NCBI GenBank assembly: GCA_964016885.1 | Contig: OZ024761.1 | Span: 31,620,001 to 31,684,000, forward strand | DNA from: Eledone cirrhosa | Taxonomy: Eukaryota | Direction: 5' to 3' | DNA length: 64,000 nucleotides | Part shown: piece by piece, positions 59,930 to 64,000 of the stretch | How the letters are laid out: every line of letters starts with the position of its first letter | Numbering within the stretch: position 1 is the stretch's first letter | The notes under the pieces: model-generated | What the model was told of the DNA's origin: nothing | Seen by the model: only the letters and a program-made list of their open reading frames with translations | The model's database searches: none | Translations under genes and position numbers: made by a program

Positions 59930-62900
59930 CTACACCACACTACACTACAATACACTACACGACACTGCACTACACTACACTACACCATACCATACTACAC
60001 AACACTACACTACACTACACTACATTACACAACACCATACCACACCACACTACATTACACAACACCATACCACACCACACTACATCACACTACACTACAA
60101 TATACTACACTGCACTCCACTCCATTACACTACACCACAATACACCACACTACTCTATACGATACTACACTATAATATACCACACTACAATATACTACAC
60201 TGTTCTACAACACATCACACTACACAACAATATACTACACTGCTCTACATTACACCACACTACACTACAATATACTACACCACACTACACCATATTACAC
60301 TACACTACAATATACTACACTGCTCTACATTACACCACACTACAGAACAATATACTACACTGCTCTACATTACACCACACTACACAACAATATACTACAC
60401 TGCTCTACACCACATCACACTACACTACAATATACTACATCACACTACACCACATCACACTACACTACAATATACTACACCACACTACACCACATCACAC
60501 TACACTACAATATACTACACTGCTCTACATTACACCACCCTACACTACAATATACTACACTGCACTACACCACATCACACTACACTACAATATACTACAG
60601 TGCTCTACATCACACTACACTACAATATACTACACTGCACTACACCACATCACACTACACTACAATATACTACACTGCTCTACATTACACCACCCTACAC
60701 TACAATATACTACACTGCTCTACACCACATCACACTACACTACAATATACTACACTGCTCTACATTACACCACACTACACAACAATATACTACACTGCTC
60801 TACATTACACCACACTACACAACAATATACTACACTGCTCTACACCACATCACACTACACTACAATATACTACACTGCTCTACATTACACCACACTACAC
60901 TACAATATACTACACTGCTCTACACCACATCACACTACACTACAATATACTACACTGCTCTACATTACATCACACTACACAACAATATACTACACTGCTC
61001 TACATTACACCACACTACACTACAATATACTACACTGCTCTACATTACAACACACTACACTACAATATACTACACTGCTCTACAGCACATCACACTACAC
61101 TACAATATACTACACTGCTCTACATTACATCACACTACACAACAATATACTACACTGCTCTACACCACATCACACTACACTACAATATACTACACTGCTC
61201 TACACCACATCACACTACACTACAATATACTACACTGCTCTACATTACATCACACTTCACAACAATATACTACACTGCTCTACACCACATCACACTACAC
61301 TACAATATACTACACTGCTCTACACCACATCACACTACACTACAATATACTACACTGCTCTACATTACACCACACAACACTACAATATACTACACTGCTC
61401 TACACCACATCACACTACACTACAATATACTACACTGCTCTACACCACATCACACTACACTACAATATACTACACTGCTCTACATTACACCACACTACAC
61501 AACAATATACTACACTGCTCTACATTACACCACACTACACTACAATATACTACACTGCTCTACATTACACCACACTACACTACAATATACTACATTGCAC
61601 TACACCACATCACACTACACTACAATATTCTACACTGCTCTACATTACACAACACTACACTACAATATACTACACCACACTACACCACATCACACTACAC
61701 TACAATATACTACACTGCTCTACATTACACCACACTACACTACAATATACTACACTGCTCTACATTACACCACACTACACTACAATATACTATACTGCAC
61801 TACACCATATCACACTACACTACAATATACTACACTGCTCTACATTACACTACACTACAATATACTACACTGCTCTACATTACACCACACTACACTACAA
61901 TATACTACACTGCACTACACCACATCACACTACACTACAATATACTACACTGCTCTACATTACACCACACTACACTACAATATACTACACTGCTCTACAT
62001 TACACCACACAACACTACAATATACTACACTGCTCTACACCACATCACACTACACTACAATATACTACACTGCTCTACACCACATCACACTACACTACAA
62101 TATACTACACTGCTCTACATTACACCACACTACACAACAATATACTACACTGCTCTACATTACACCACACTACACTACAATATACTACACTGCTCTACAT
62201 TACACCACACTACACTACAATATACTACATTGCACTACACCACATCACACTACACTACAATATTCTACACTGCTCTACATTACACAACACTACACTACAA
62301 TATACTACATCACACTACACCACATCACACTACACTACAATATACTACACCACACTACACCACATCACACTACACTACAATATACTACACTGCTCTACAT
62401 TACACCACCCTACACTACAATATACTACACTGCACTACACCACATCACACTACACTACAATATACTACAGTGCTCTACATCCCACTACACTACAATATAC
62501 TACACTGCACTACACCACATCACACTACACTACAATATACTACACTGCTCTACATTACACCACCCTACACTACAATATACTACACTGCTCTACACCACAT
62601 CACACTACACTACAATATACTACACTGCTCTACATTACACCACACTACACAACAATATACTACACTGCTCTACATTACACCACACTACACAACAATATAC
62701 TACACTGCTCTACACCACATCACACTACACTACAATATACTACACTGCTCTACATTACACCACACTACACTACAATATACTACACTGCTCTACACCACAT
62801 CACACTACACTACAATATACTACACTGCTCTACATTACATCACACTACACAACAATATACTACACTGCTCTACATTACACCACACTACACTACAATATAC

Positions 62901-64000
62901 TACACTGCTCTACATTACACCACACTACACTACAATATACTACACTGCTCTACAGCACATCACACTACACTACAATATACTACACTGCTCTACATTACAT
63001 CACACTACACAACAATATACTACACTGCTCTACACCACATCACACTACACTACAATATACTACACTGCTCTACACCACATCACACTACACTACAATATAC
63101 TACACTGCTCTACATTACATCACACTTCACAACAATATACTACACTGCTCTACACCACATCACACTACACTACAATATACTACACTGCTCTACACCACAT
63201 CACACTACACTACAATATACTACACTGCTCTACATTACACCACACAACACTACAATATACTACACTGCTCTACACCACATCACACTACACTACAATATAC
63301 TACACTGCTCTACACCACATCACACTACACTACAATATACTACACTGCTCTACATTACACCACACTACACAACAATATACTACACTGCTCTACATTACAC
63401 CACACTACACTACAATATACTACACTGCTCTACATTACACCACACTACACTACAATATACTACATTGCACTACACCACATCACACTACACTACAATATTC
63501 TACACTGCTCTACATTACACAACACTACACTACAATATACTACACCACACTACACCACATCACACTACACTACAATATACTACACTGCTCTACATTACAC
63601 CACACTACACTACAATATACTACACTGCTCTACATTACACCACACTACACTACAATATACTATACTGCACTACACCACATCACACTACACTACAATATAC
63701 TACACTGCTCTACATTACACTACACTACAATATACTACACTGCTCTACATTACACCACACTACACTACAATATACTACACTGCACTACACCACATCACAC
63801 TACACTACAATATACTACACTGCTCTACATTACACCACACTACACTACAATATACTACACTGCTCTACATTACACCACACAACACTACAATATACTACAC
63901 TGCTCTACACCACATCACACTACACTACAATATACTACACTGCTCTACACCACATCACACTACACTACAATATACTACACTGCTCTACATTACACCACAC
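59930..64000. repeat. 40-bp satellite (cacactacactacaatatactacactgctctacattacac) built from 5-mers, running off the window end
   Basis: Direct reading. Diagnostic variants recur at a 1870-bp offset. Confidence 0.97.

Overview
Eukaryotic, extremely repeat-rich genomic DNA. The SINE style, (TA)n density and channel subtype point to a mollusc, most likely an octopus (inference). Almost all long ORFs in the track are translation artefacts of simple repeats. One real gene is visible. Four short + strand GT-AG exons (52124-52177, 53925-54063, 58448-58563, 59644-59716) splice in frame into the end of S2 through S4 and the C-terminus of a voltage-gated proton channel. Its S4 motif is the atypical LPWRxxR (Hv3-like) instead of RxWRxxR. 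The rest of the window holds a ~16.4 kb 10-bp satellite, a 40-bp satellite with a 1870-bp higher-order duplication, two Penelope-like retroelement (PLE) bodies, RTE- and Tx1-like LINE pieces, tRNA-derived SINEs, and mariner and hAT derivatives. The most striking hidden layer lies between ~29 and ~58 kb: 15 or more minimal type I hammerhead-ribozyme motifs from about ten unrelated short element families. Most are embedded in (TA)n tracts and several are fold-back palindromes. They include U3-A8, U4C and U4A core variants and show visible stem covariation.
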